Shown here piece after piece: positions 13,005-26,200 of a stretch of DNA of 64,000 nt; positions within the stretch are counted from its first letter, which is position 1; each line of letters opens with the position of its first letter. Position numbers and translations under genes: made by a program. The stretch comes from Azolla caroliniana (lineage: Eukaryota > Plantae > Polypodiophyta): contig JBHGNT010000006.1 in NCBI GenBank assembly GCA_043228905.1, positions 18,538,001 through 18,602,000 on the forward strand. Direction: 5' to 3'. The notes under the pieces are model-generated. The model saw only the letters and a list, made by a program, of their open reading frames with translations, was not told the DNA's origin and ran no database searches.

Positions 13005-14455
13005 GTAACGTCTTTGATAAGGTAAAGGCCAATACATTTCCGGAGCATCAGCCATACGACTGCCCTATTGACTTACAACTAGGGAAAGAACCTCCATGGG
13101 GCCCAATTTATAATGTCTCCCTTGTACAACTAGAGACTTTGCGGGAATATATCGATCAGAATCCAGAATAGATATGCTCTATCATTAATCCCAAATCTTT
13201 TGGAACATCTCAGTGGAGCAAAATATTTCGCGAAATTGGACCTTCGCGGTGCATATAATCTAGTTCGGATTCGTCCGAGGGATGAATTGAAGACTACTTT
13301 TTGCACTCCCTATGGACATTTCGAGTATATTGTGATGCACTTTGGTCTCACGAATGCACCTGCAGTTTTCCAACACATGGCGAATTATATTTTTCGAGAT
13401 TTTCTCGATATCTTCACTATAGTTTACCTGGATAACATCTTAATCTACTCGAAGACCCAAGAGGAGCATGATGAACATGTTCATCAGGTACTACGTCGAC
13501 TACGAGAATATGGTCTCTACGCAAAATTAGAAAAGTGTAGTTTCAACCAGAATGAAGTGCAATTTTTGGGGTATGTTGTATCATCAGATGGTATTGCTAT
13601 GGACCCCATGAAGGTGCAAGCAATTTTAGAGTGGTAGACGCCCATTTCAGTGCGCGATGTGCAATGTTTTCTCGAGTCTGAAAATTTTTATCGGAAATTT
13701 ATTAAAAATTATTCTAAGGTTGTGCTTCTGCTCACTCAACTCACACACAAATATCAGCCATTCATATGGAGTTCTGATGTCGCCGAGGCATTTGAAAGCT
13801 TAAAACGAGCATTTACAACAGCGCCTATTTTAGCACATGTCGACCCAACAAAACGCTTCATCCTTGAAGCTCATGCATCCGATTTTGCACTAGGGAGTGT
13901 CCTATTGCAGACTGGAGATGGTGGACATCTACACCCTGTTGCCTTTCATTCCCAAAAGTTTGAAGCTACAGAGATCAACTACAAGATACATGACAAAGAA
14001 CTTCTTGCAATTGTGGATTCTTTTCAACAATGGCGACATTTTTTAGAAATTTCTTCTCAATAGATAATTGTTTACAATGATCATAAGGACCTGACATATT
14101 TCCAAAATGCTCAAGTCTTGAGTCGCCAACAAGCACGATGGGCACAATTTTTGACCCACTTCGACTTTGTCATATATCGACCTGGGATGGAGCAAGGCAA
14201 AGCAGATGCTCATTCTCGACGCTCTTATATGGAACTTCGTCCAGGGGAACCAGTGTTCGAGCATCAAAAACAAATCCTTTTGGGTCCTAATTGCCTACGA
14301 TTAATGGTAGTTAATGCCATAACACTTGAAGATTCCACTCTTCTTGATTCCATTTGAGATCATATGGCCACTGATGAATTCGCCAAGCACGTTTTGGATC
14401 ATATCGTCCTGGATCGTGCTTCGTGCTCACAATTGAAAAACCCTCGTAATGACGG
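13005..14455 (+). pseudogene. pol: Tcn1-like chromovirus RT-RNase H fragment, copy 1
   Basis: [58 protein letters not shown]. Confidence 0.8.
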
Positions 14456-16880
14456 ATCAATTTCGACAAGGACTTCGCAATGATGTGAAAGACCTACATC
14501 CCACATTTCATGAATATCCTAAATCTCTTAGTGAGGCAATTAATCAAGTTGTACGATGTGACAATTGTCTATGTTGAACATCAACAATGATCTTGACCTC
14601 GATTAGAGCAAATACATGCATCAATGACACTGTTTCCAATCGAAATATATGTAACTACATGTTGTCGAGGATCTTTAACAAAAACGGAAAAAGTACAGAC
14701 ACCGAGTGAACCGTCTATGTTTATATTGTGGTGGCCCAGGACACATAATGATAAATTGTCCTCATCAGCCTAGGCGTCAAGTTAACCAAATACTAGTACT
14801 AAATCTAATCTTGATTGTCCAATTGCATCTAGTAATCTTAATAGCCCTACAACTTCAAATTAGTTTGAAGTGCTTTGCCAACTAGATGAAGTGTTAAAGG
14901 AGTAAGTCCAAGTAAAAGAGGAGCCATTTGGTTGGATAACCCAAAATATATCAATTCGGCCTATGGTAATGCTTCCATTTAATCAAGTTGATTAGTAGGG
15001 TTTTTGTAGCACAAGTTGAACTTAGTCCCTCTAAGTGTCATCTTGTCTTTGCCTCTGCTCTCTTAGATTCAGGAGCCAACTCTTGTTTCATGGACCGAGA
15101 CTTTGCCTTGACACATAATATCTTATTAAAAATACTTCATTGTCCAGTATTGACCACACTCATGGATGGTCAACCTATTGCCTCTAGAGACATAGCTGAA
15201 AAGTCTAAGTCAATTCATGTAGTTCTTAGTGATTTCATTCAATATCATCCATGGACTTGAGCATCCAATTTTCCTCGGTCTACCTTGGTTTGGCTTCATG
15301 GCCCATAGATTGACTAGAGGAAACGAGTTATCCTAGAATCCCAGAAAAAAACCACATCAAATTTCTCTACTACTAAATCAAATCTATAGTGCCATCAGAT
15401 CTCAATAATATCTCTAAGAATCTTACACAAAGAGGGACAAAAAGTTTATATTTGTGATAGTAACAACATCAACCTCAACTCAACGAAAGTTGATTATCTT
15501 ACTTCCAACCGAGAATCAAGAATTCCAAAATGTCTTCAATAAGGACAAGGCCACTAGTCTCCTTGAACATCGACCTTACAATTATCCTATCAATCTTCAA
15601 CAAGGAAAAGATCCATCGCGGCATCAATTTATAATTTATCTCCAGCAAAGCTTAAGGTTCTTCTCGACTATATTGATGAAAATTTAGCAAATGGATTTAT
15701 TCACCATTCCAAATCTCCCATTGGTGCACCAATAGTTTTAGTTAAGAAGAAAGATGGATCACTTTGCTTGGTTCTAGATGGAGGCTTAAAGAAAACCATA
15801 ACTCCGAACAAGTATGTCTTGCCTTTAATCTCAATACTTTTAGAGTGCTTGAATGGACCCAAATATTTCACAAAGCTCAATCTTCAAGGTGCTTATAATG
15901 AATGGAAAATTGCATTTCGCACTCAATATGCCATTTTGAGCATGCAATTATGCTTTTTGGTCTCAAAAATGCTCCAATGGTTTTTCAACATATGGCCAAT
16001 GATATTTTTCGAGACTTCTTGAATATATTCACCATATTTGTACGATATGTTGATTTTTTCCAAAACTCAAGAGGAGCATGATGAGCATGTTCGCCAAGTT
16101 TTGCGATGATTACAAGAATATGGTCTCTATGCCAAACTCGAGAAATATAGTTTTGCGATGATTACATAGTCTCCCGAAAAGAATATCTATGGATCCACCA
16201 AAGGTACAAACAATTCCAAAGTGATAGACACCACAATCTATGTGTGATGTCCAATGTTTTTTGGGATTTGCAAATTTTTTCTACAAATTCATCAAGAATT
16301 ACTCAAAGATGGTTCTACCTCTTACACAATTAACATAGAAAAACCAATCATTCATATGGAATTTAGGTGCAACTAAGGAATTTGAAAGCTTGAAATATGC
16401 ATTCATGTCTACCCCTATTTTGATCCATGTTGACCAAGCCAAGCCTTTTAAGTCTAGAAGCTGATGCATCAGATTTTGCACTCAGGAGCATCCTTGCACA
16501 ATCCGAAGACAACCGGTAGTTACATACATTCACTTTTTATTCACGGAAACTTGAAATTGCAGAAACTGGTTATGAGATTCACAACAATGAGCTTTTGGCT
16601 ATCGTGAACTCTTTTGAACATTGGCGCCATTTCTTGGAAGGTTCTCCCCATCAAATAATTGTCTACAACCATCACAAGAACCTAACATATTCCCTAAATG
16701 CTCGAGTGTTGAATCATCAGTTTTCTTGTTTGTGTATTGCCATGGAATACACCAATGAAAGGCGGATGCTCTATCTCAACGTTCCTACATGGCACCTTGT
16801 TTACGGAATGTTTCTTTTGACTATCAAAAGCAAGTTCTCCTTGGTCCTAATCATTTACAAGCAATATCAACTAATACCTT
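14456..16880 (+). pseudogene. pol: Tcn1-like chromovirus gag-PR-RT-RH remnant, copy 2
   Basis: DQFRQGLRNDVKD and RLCLYCGGPGH (gag), ALLDSGANSCFMD (protease), degenerate RT and RNase H paralogous to copy 1. Confidence 0.78.
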
Positions 16881-16894
16881 TATATATAGGGGGG

Positions 16895-17526
16895 TGTAAA
16901 CCTCATGTCAATCATCTTTGTAGTTTATGGCCAAGATGTTGATGCAGGTCCATTGTCCAACAAGTTGAATGTGGGTTGATCTTTTCTGATGTCAAATGTT
17001 GGGCCCCATGTTGGATGGTTATATTGGCGAAACTGAGGTTCGTCGAATGGGGCTGATTCTAATAGGATCCTTAGTATCTACAAAATGTGGATTACCACTT
17101 AGATGGTAATGTAGGTGTCAATGAAGTGCTTCATCAACTAAAGCATCCTTGTTTCTGAGGGTTTTTAATTGTGCATTTGCAGAAATACTGGCCATTTGAA
17201 GCTATTGAGAGATCAAGCTCAACCTAGTTTAGTTAGTTAGTCAACCATGTAATTTCGTAGTTACCTAGATAGAATCTAGTTAGAAGTGTTGACTATAACG
17301 CCTTAAATAGGACCTTGTACTTAAGTGGGATATTCTAGATCCTCCACTCCTAAGTACATTTAATATAGGACTTACACCTTAGTACCTATATTCCACTCAC
17401 ACATGTGCACCTTTGCACATGAGATGTATATATACCTCATTGTGGGTATTTTTGTATTTGATGATGATGATGATAATGCTAATTTAATAGAGTTACTCAT
17501 CCCCCATCTTGTGTTATCCATAAGTG

Positions 17527-17564
<38 letters not shown>

Positions 17565-17668
17565 TCTCACACACATACACACATATCACTTAATCTTCCG
17601 TGCTTATCACTAATCACATAATTAGGTACTAATTAACCCTTGCTTAATTACTTACCTAATTTTTAACA
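16895..17668 (+). repeat. Probable LTR followed by a Met-i-type PBS (tggtatcaaagc, 17669-17680)
   Basis: TGTAAA...TTAACA termini; PBS directly after; contains a (CT)n microsatellite; no partner LTR in the window. Confidence 0.6.
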
Positions 17669-17838
17669 TGGTATCAAAGCGTTTGGTTTAGCACATCCAC
17701 TAAGCCCACCCAACTCTTCGTAATTGTGTGTTTGAAACGCTGACGACAAATTATGGCCATTCGCTACTGTGGTGCCGCTACGTAGCACGTACACGTGATC
17801 GAAGGAAGAAAAACAAAAGAAGGGAAGACACAATCAAC

Positions 17839-18482
17839 ATGAACACACAAATGGGTAGCTCGCTCCCTAGCGAAAAGCTAGACCAGAGCAATTATTCATC
17901 TTGGGAGTACAAGATGACCCAATACCTCGTCGGCCAAGGGTATTGGAGCTACATCAACGACGCACAAGAAAATCGACCCGACTCGAAAAATGCTGACTAT
18001 GCAACATGGGAGCAAGCGGCGAGTCGAGTCATGTATTGCTTGGCAACATGTGTCCACGACCACATGCTTAGCCACATTCGAGACGCCAACATGCCCAAAG
18101 AGGCGTGGGAGAACTTCAAGAAAATGTTTGTCGCCAACACGACTGCTTGAAAGCTTCAACTCCGACAAGAGTTGAACAACATTTAGCAAAAAGACATGTC
18201 CGTGTCAGACTACACCGCCAAGATCAAGAACATTTGCGACTCGCTTGGCTCCATCAAAATAAACATCGACGAAGACAAGATGGTTCAAGTATGCTTGCGC
18301 AGCCTCGCACAACGATTCGATCCATTACGGACAGCAATCTTGACGAGAGAAAACCCTCCTTCATTCTTCGACCTCCAATCAATGGTATTGGTCGAAGAGA
18401 ACCACGTCCGAACCAAAAGCAAGACGTCCGAAGGACAAATGTTCTTCTCGAATTCGGATGGTGGCCAAGGAGGAGGTGACGG
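17839..18482 (+). pseudogene. gag: Copia family C gag (second copy), cut by a family A insertion
   Basis: MNTQMGSSLPSEKLDQSNYSSWEYKMTQYL...; stops at 18148 and about 18184. Confidence 0.85.
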
Positions 18483-18975
18483 TGTCGTGCCTTTCGGCTC
18501 CGGATTGTTGCGTGAGTCGGGTGTGACCCGCTGGGGTTTTGGACTAGGAGGAAAGAAAATTCTAAGGCAATTAAGAATATGAAATATATTGTAAGAAAGA
18601 AAGATATGAAAAACTCGTGAATCCCACGAGTATAGTGTATTAGTGAGTAATCAAATTAAGAGAGAAAGAATAGTTAGCAAATTCGTGAATCCCACGATTA
18701 TCTTATATTAATCAACCCTTGTAAAAATAACCAACCACCTCTATACATATTTCTCTCTTCCTTATATAGTGTTGGAAGAGTCTAAGTTTATCACATGCGA
18801 GCATCATGCTTTTCCTATCTTTAGTTTTCATGCACACTGCATGTGCATGATTAGCTTTCTATCTCATCTTTTCTTTTCATTCGAGTGTCTATGCATGAAT
18901 AACTTTTTGTACCATACATGTCTAGAAATTTTACATGGGATAGAGTTTAGTATAACTTTAAAATTCATAATACGC
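18483..18975 (-). repeat. Family A LTR, interrupted at 18975 by another family A element
   Basis: Begins TGTCGTGCCTTTCGGCTCCGG on the plus strand; left flank ACGG. Confidence 0.88.
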
Positions 18976-19675
18976 TGTCGTGCCTTTCGGCTCCGGATCG
19001 TTGCGTGAGTTGGGTGGGAACCGCCGAGGTTTTGGACTAGGAGGAAGAGGAATACAACTTAAGGCTAGTTATGAATAGTAGAAAGAGAAGTAAGATAGCA
19101 ATCTCGTGAATCCCACGAGTTTAGTGTATTTAAAACAATATTTAGATTATAAGAGTAATTTAGATGGCAAAATTCGTGAATCCCACGAATATATTAGATT
19201 GATGAATCCTTGTATATTAATCAACAACCTTATACATATTTCTCTCCTCCTTATATAAAGATGGAAGATGCTAAGCATGGCTTCATGCTTTTTCACCAAA
19301 AGTGTCCATGCACACTAAATGTGCATGTGATGTGATGCTTTGTCATTTCCTAAGTATAGGGCTCATGCACGCTAGATGTGCATGAGTCACTTTTAATGTC
19401 ACGTGTAAATAAAATATTCACACCCTAAAGAATACATGATTTTTACCTTTTATGTGTAAATAAAGGTCTTATATGTATTAAATCTATATGTATAACACTA
19501 AAGATAAGTTATTACAATGGTAAAGTTGAAGTTTATCTACGTGGAGGTGCAGGGTTTGAATCTTGCCTTATGCACGTGATAAATATTTTGATATATTATT
19601 TATTTATTTATATGTATCTAAAATCGAATATATTATTTTATGGTTTTCACGTAGTGTGTGGAATACACTACGACA
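18976..19675 (-). repeat. Family A 3' LTR of the decayed host element A1
   Basis: TGTCGTG...CTACGACA; followed on the plus strand by the PPT complement ctcgccccctcc; left flank ACGC. Confidence 0.92.
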
Positions 19676-22432
19676 CTCGCCCCCTCCGAACCCGCACATC
19701 CTCCGGTATGTGCCAAAGTTCTCGATTCCTCATATCCGTCTTCACGCAAAGCTTCCTCCGATTCTCCCCTTATGTCGACTATGAGTTGTAATTCACTTTC
19801 TTCGCTTCCCGGATCACCGTGGTCTTTGTCCGATTGCTCCTCGTTGTCGGCCTTGGCTTGGATCACATAGGGTTTGTTGTCGGTCCGCTTCTTGAAAATC
19901 TTCACCCGCTTCCCGGCTATAGGCACTCGTAGTATTGTTCCATCCAACTCGGACAGTCGGTACGTTCCGTTGTCGAAGACTTTCCGAACCTCGTATGGCC
20001 CGAACCACCTTTTCGCGAATTTCTGCATCGTTGTATGTTAATGGTCCAAACTACTGTCATAGACGATCACCCAATCTCCTTCTTCAATCCTCCTCGGTCA
20101 TAGTCGGTGCTTTGTGTCGAACCGGCTTTTGTTCCGGAATTGTGCTTCTTGTTGTCGGCATATTGCTTCCGCTATGTCTGCCGGTCTTCCCTCTAGTTGT
20201 CGTATCCGGACCGCTAGTAGTTCTTCCCGGCTCATCTCTTCCTTCCACGGTAGCACTGTCCATGTTGCGATCGCAGTTTCCGTTGGCATTACCGGTGCTT
20301 GTCAGGTCATGAGTTCTGCCGGCATGTAACCGGTTACGGAGCTATGCATCGTCCGATCCGCCCATAGTGCATACGGAAGCGTCTGCGGCCAGTCCTTCAC
20401 CTTTCCATCGCATGCCTTCGCAAGTGCTTTCACGATCGGACTATGTCCTCGTTCGATTTTCCCGTTGGCCTCCGCGTTAAAGGAACTCTGTGTTTGGTGA
20501 AGAATCCCCTAGCTTTGTCCGAGTCGAGTTCTCCCTGGTCCGCAATCACTTGTCCTACGCACCCGTACCTGCAAAATACTTCCTCCAAAAGAAATTGGCA
20601 TACCACGGAACACATTTTCCTCTGAAGCGCTCGGCCTTCTACTTGATTCGTGAGATCTTCCCGAGCTAATACCAAGTATTTCTTTTGTCCGATCGCAGTC
20701 GGCATGGCCACTATGTCGACCATCCACTTGAAGTTGATTGTCGGTGAGAATGTCGGATGTAACTCATCTCGATGTCGAACCTCGGAGTAGACTTGACATT
20801 TCTCGCAGCTTTCCGTGAACTCCGCGACATCTTTGTACATTTTCTTCCACCAATATTTTTGCTTGATCTTCACAAATGTTGCCCATGTTCCTCGGTGTCC
20901 AGCCCAATCAGATTCGTGAAACTCGGACATTATCCGGTTTCGTTGCTCTTTTGTCCCGACTACTCAAAGTGGTATACCATACGGTCTTTTCGGCGCCCTC
21001 CATATTAATCCGTTTTCCGAGAAGAACTTTTGGACTTGCCTCTTCTTCCTTCAGATCTCGGCTCTTCTTCCTTTATCGTTTGTTGAGTCCTCGGCCTCTT
21101 TTAACATCTTTCCGATCATCAAACTTTCTCCCTCGAATTCTTCTTCCCGGAATTCTCGGATTACGTTCACTCGGCATATGTGCTCCGACGCAAAGTAGTC
21201 TTCGGAAACTTCTTCATTATCCGATTCAGTTATGTCGTCTCCGAACTGAGCCCTTGATAACATATCCGCTACCGTGTTGTCCTTCCCCGAGATGTGTCAA
21301 ACATCTGGATTAAGCGACTTGACATATGCAACCCACCTTAGCATAGCTACATCCGGTATCGTACAACACCGCATCATCCCGAGTATCGGAAGACAATCCG
21401 TCTCGATCACCACTTCGGCTCCGATCAAATAATCCTGATCCGATTTTATCGCCGACACGACTCCCCACAGTTCTCTTTTGACTTGTGCATATCCACGTTG
21501 CCTTTCGTTGAGAACCTTTGCTCCGAATCGGATCGGATACCGCGAACCATCCGAGTCGGCTTGATTGATGACCCACCCGATACCGGTTGGACTTGTATCA
21601 ACCGTTACTATGATCGGTCGGTCGTAGCTCGGCTTCTTAAGTGCTTCCGCCCTCCGAAGTGTCTTCTTCAATTTCTTCATGGCTTTGGTGTGTTCCGGTT
21701 TCCATTCGAATTTCTTACCTTTCCGCAACAAGTGGTAGAGCGGGTCTGCTATATGTGCATAGTGCGGAATCCATATGTGATAGAATGCGCATGCACCGAG
21801 AAACCTTCGGACTTCGGATGCTGACTCGCATACTTCCTCCATAGCTTGAATCGCATCGATCTTTGTTGGTGACGGTCTTCGGCCGTAGGGCCCACATAGA
21901 TGTCCGACCACCAATATTTCTTCTTGCCCGAATGCCGATTTCTCCCCGGAAAGTGTTAGGTGCACATCTTCTAGCTTTCGCAACACTTTCTCGCAATCAT
22001 GAATATGGTCGACCACGAACTTTCGGCATCCCCGATCATCCATAGTCTCATCTTTTTCTTCTACCGCGCATCCTTTCATCGGAATGTCATCGAGGAACGG
22101 CATCGTTATCTCCGGAATGCAGTCTCGAAGCACCTTGTTCATCGCGTTCATCATATGAGCAACCGAGTTTGTCGCTCCTTGTGGTAGTGTGCACATTCGG
22201 ACTAATCCTATCGGTGTTCGCATGGTTGTGATGTCTCGGCTCTCCACGGCTAGTTGGAATTGGTCATACCCCAACCCGAGTATAGGTCTCCGATGGAGTA
22301 TATCGCACGACTGGCAAAAGCTTCCACAAATTCGTCCACTATCGGACCGACTCCCGAGTTCCGGATCGTGACCTTATTCACCGGTTGCAAGTCTGGGATA
22401 AATCGGAGTGACCCATTCTTCTTCAGAACCGT
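19676..22432 (-). pseudogene. pol: Family A pol of A1 (RT-RH-INT), continues at 29714-30050
   Basis: Near-identical in translation to 23227-26694 but with frameshifts and stops; split by the 22433-29713 insertion. Confidence 0.92.
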
Positions 22433-23226
22433 TGTCGTGCCTTTCGGCTCCGGATCGTTGCGTGAGTCGGGTGGGAACCACAGAGGTCTTGGACTAGGAG
22501 AAAGAAGTTCGTGAGATAGAGATTAATTATGAGTAAATAGCAAAGAGAAAGATAAGAAACTCGTGAATCACACGAGTATACTATATTAATTGGTACTTAG
22601 GGTGTTAAGAGAGAAGTAGACGTATAAATCGTGAATCCCACGAATAATTTTTGTATTGATTAATTCTTAATCCAAAAAATCAACAACCCTTTACATATTT
22701 CTCTCCTCCTTATATAAGGGAGGAAGAGCTAAGCATGGCTTCATGCTTTTTTTTTACAAAAAGTGTTCATGTCCACTAAATGTGCATGTGATGCTTTTTT
22801 ATTTCCTAAGTATAGGGCTCATGCACGCTAGATGTGCATGAGTTATTTTTAGTGTCTCGTGTTTTTCTTTTTCATATATTAAAAAAATACACGATTTACC
22901 TTTTAATAAAGGTATGCATAAATAAAGGTCTTATACGTATTAAATCTATATTTAGAACACTTAAGATAAGTTAATGTAATGGTAAGGTTGGGGTTTGTCA
23001 ACGTGGAGGTGCAGAGTTCGAATCACGCCCTGCGCAGTAGTGAGTATTTCCTTTCTTTTTACATTTATGTCTCTTTATCCGGCTCTTCCTTGCCGGTATG
23101 CCGTTTTCTTCCTTGCCGGTATGCCGTTTTCCCTCCTTGCCGGTATGCCGTTTTCTTCCGGTTCTCACCGAGCACTCCATTCTCTATCCGGAGGGACAAA
23201 AATATAATTTCCACATAGTGTGCAAC

Positions 23227-26200
23227 CTACACTACGACACTCGCCCCCTCCAAACCCGCACATCCTCCGGTATGTGCCGAAGTTCTTGATTCTTCGTATC
23301 CGTCTTCATCCGAAGCTTCCTCCGATTCTCCCCTTATGTCGACTATGAGTTGTAATCCACTTTCTTCGCTTCCCGTATCATTGTGGTCTTCGTCCGATTG
23401 CTCCTCGTTGTCGGCCTCGACTTGGATCACATAAGGTTTGTCGTCGGTCCGTTTCTTGAAAATCTTCACCCGCTTCCCGGCTATAGGCACTCGTAGTATT
23501 GTTCCATCCAACTCGGACAGTCGGTACGTCCCGTTGTCGAAGACCTTCCGAACCTCGTACGGCCCGAACCACCTTTTCGCGAATTTCCGCATCGTTGTAT
23601 GTTGATGGTCCAAGCTACTATCATAGACGATCACCCAATCTCCTTCTTCAATCCTCCTTGGTCGTAGTCGGTGCTTTGTGTCGAACCGGCTTTTGTTCCG
23701 GAACCGTGCTTCTTGTTGTCGGCGTGACGCTTCCGCTACATCTTTCGGTCTTCCCTCCAGTTGTCGTATCCGGACCGCTAGTAGTTCTTCCCGGCTCATC
23801 TCTTCCTTCCACGGTAGTATTGTCCATGTCGCGATTGCGGTTTCCGTTGGCATTACCGGTGCTTGTCCGGTCATGAGTTCTGCCGGCATGTAACCGGTCA
23901 CGGAGCTATGCGTCGTCCGATCCGCCCATAGTGCATACGGAAGCATTTGTGGCCAATCCTTCACCCTTCCGTCGCATGCCTTCGCAAGTGCTTTCACGAT
24001 CGGACTATGTCCTCGTTCGATCTTCCCGTTGGCCTCCGGATTGTAGGCCGTTGTCAACGTTAACCGAACTCCATGTTTGGCGAAGAATCCCCTAGCTTTG
24101 TCCGAGTCGAGTTCTCCCCGGTCCGCAATCACTTGTCCTACGCAGCCGTACCTACAAAACACTTCTTCCAAAAGAAATTGGCACACCGCGGCACACGTTT
24201 TCCTCCGAAGCGCTCGACCTTCAACTTGGTTTGTGAGATCTTCTCGAGCTAACACCAAGTATTTCTTTTGTCCAATCCCGGTCGGCCTAGCTACAATGTC
24301 GACCATCCACTTGAAGTTGATTGTCGGTGAGAATGTCGGATGCAGCTCATCTCGGTGTCGGACCCCGGAGTAGACTTGACATTTCTCGCAGCTTTCTGTG
24401 AACTCCGCGACATCTTTATACATGTTCTTCCACCAATATCTTTGCTTGATTTTCACAAAAGTTGCCCATGTTCCTCGATGTCCAGCCCAATCGGATTCGT
24501 GGAACTCGGACATTATCCGGTTTCGTTGCTCTTTCGTCCCGACTACTCGAAGTGGTATCCCATCCGGTCTTTTCGGCGTCCTCCATATTAAACCGTTTTC
24601 CAAGAAGAACTTTTGGACTTGCCTCTTCTTCCTTCGGATCTCGGCTCTCCTTTCTTTATCATTGGTTGAATCCTCGACCTCTTGTAGCATCTTCCCGATC
24701 ATCAAGGTTTCCCCCTCGTATTCTTCTTCCCGGAATTCTCGGATCACGTTCACTCGGCATATGTGTTCTGACGTGAAGTAGTCTTCGGAAACTTCTTCAT
24801 TATCTGATTCGGTTATGTCGTCTTCAAACCGCGCCCTCGATAACATGTCCGCTACCGCGTTGTCCCTCCCCGAGATGTGTCGAACCTCCGGATTAAGTGA
24901 CTTGACATATGCAACCCACCTTAGCATAGCCACATCCGGTATCGTACAACACCGCATCATCCCGAGTATCGGAAGACAATCCGTCTCGATCACCACTTCA
25001 GCTCCGATCAAATAATCCCGATCCGATTTTATCGCCGACACGACTCCCCACAATTCTCTTTTGACTTGTGTATATCCGCGTTGCCTTTCGTTGAGGACCT
25101 TTGCTCCAAATCGGATCGGATACCGCGAACCATCCGAGTCGGCTTGATTGATGACCCACCCGATACCGGTTGGACTTGTATCAACCGTTACTATGATTGG
25201 CCGCTCGTAGCTTGGCTTCTTAAGTGATTCCGCCCTCCATAGTGTCTTCTTGAGCTTCCTCATGGCTTTAGTGTGTTCCGGTTTCCACTCGAATTTCTTA
25301 CCTTTCCGCAACAAGTGATAGAGCGGGTCCGCTATATGTGCATAGTGCGGAATCCATATGTGATAGAATGCACACGCACCCAGAAACCTTCGGACTTCCG
25401 ATGTTGACTCACATACTTCCTTCATAGCTTGAATCGCATCGATCTTTGTTGGTGACGGTCTTCGGCCGTAGGGTCCACATAGATGTCCAACCACCAATAT
25501 TTCTTCTTGCCCGAATGCCGATTTCTCCCCGGAAAGTGTTAGGTGCACATCTTCTAGCTTTCGCAACACTTTCTCGCAATCATGAATATGGTCGACCACG
25601 AACTTTCGGCATCCCCGATCATCCATAGTCTCATCTTTTTCTTCCACCGCGCATCCTTTCATCGGAATGTCATCTAGAAACGGCATCGTTATCTCCGGGA
25701 TGCAATCTCGAAGCACCTTGTTCATCGCGTTCATCATATGTGCAACCGAGTTTGTCGCTCCTTGTGGTAGTGTGCACATTCGAACTAGTCCTATCGGTGT
25801 CCGCATGGTAGTGATGTCTCGGCTCTCCACGGCTAGTTGGAATTGGTCATACCCCGAGTATAGGTCCCCGATGGAGTATATCGCACGTCCGGCAAAAGCT
25901 TCCGCGAATTCGTCCACTATCGGACCGACTCCCGAGTTCCGGATCGTGACCTTGTTCACCGGTTGCAAGTCTTGGATGAATCGGAGTGACCCATTCTTCT
26001 TCGGAACCGTAAACCATCGATTTGAGTACGGAGCACTTGATGGCTCTAGAATCCCCATCGCCACCTTCTCCTTGAGCAAGTCGATGACTTTCGGAATATG
26101 CGCCCGTGGCACCGGAATCGGCTTCAGGTTCCACGGTACATGATCAATCGTGAAAATCACCATCGGCTCCACTATCTTTGGATCAATGCATCCGATCTCC

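Noticed and set aside
1556-18975. Matching ACGC flanks at 1556 and 18972 as one TSD pair or inversion
   Set aside because: The LTRs are different variants in opposite orientation and the interrupted hosts differ; the match is explained by the NCGN preference.
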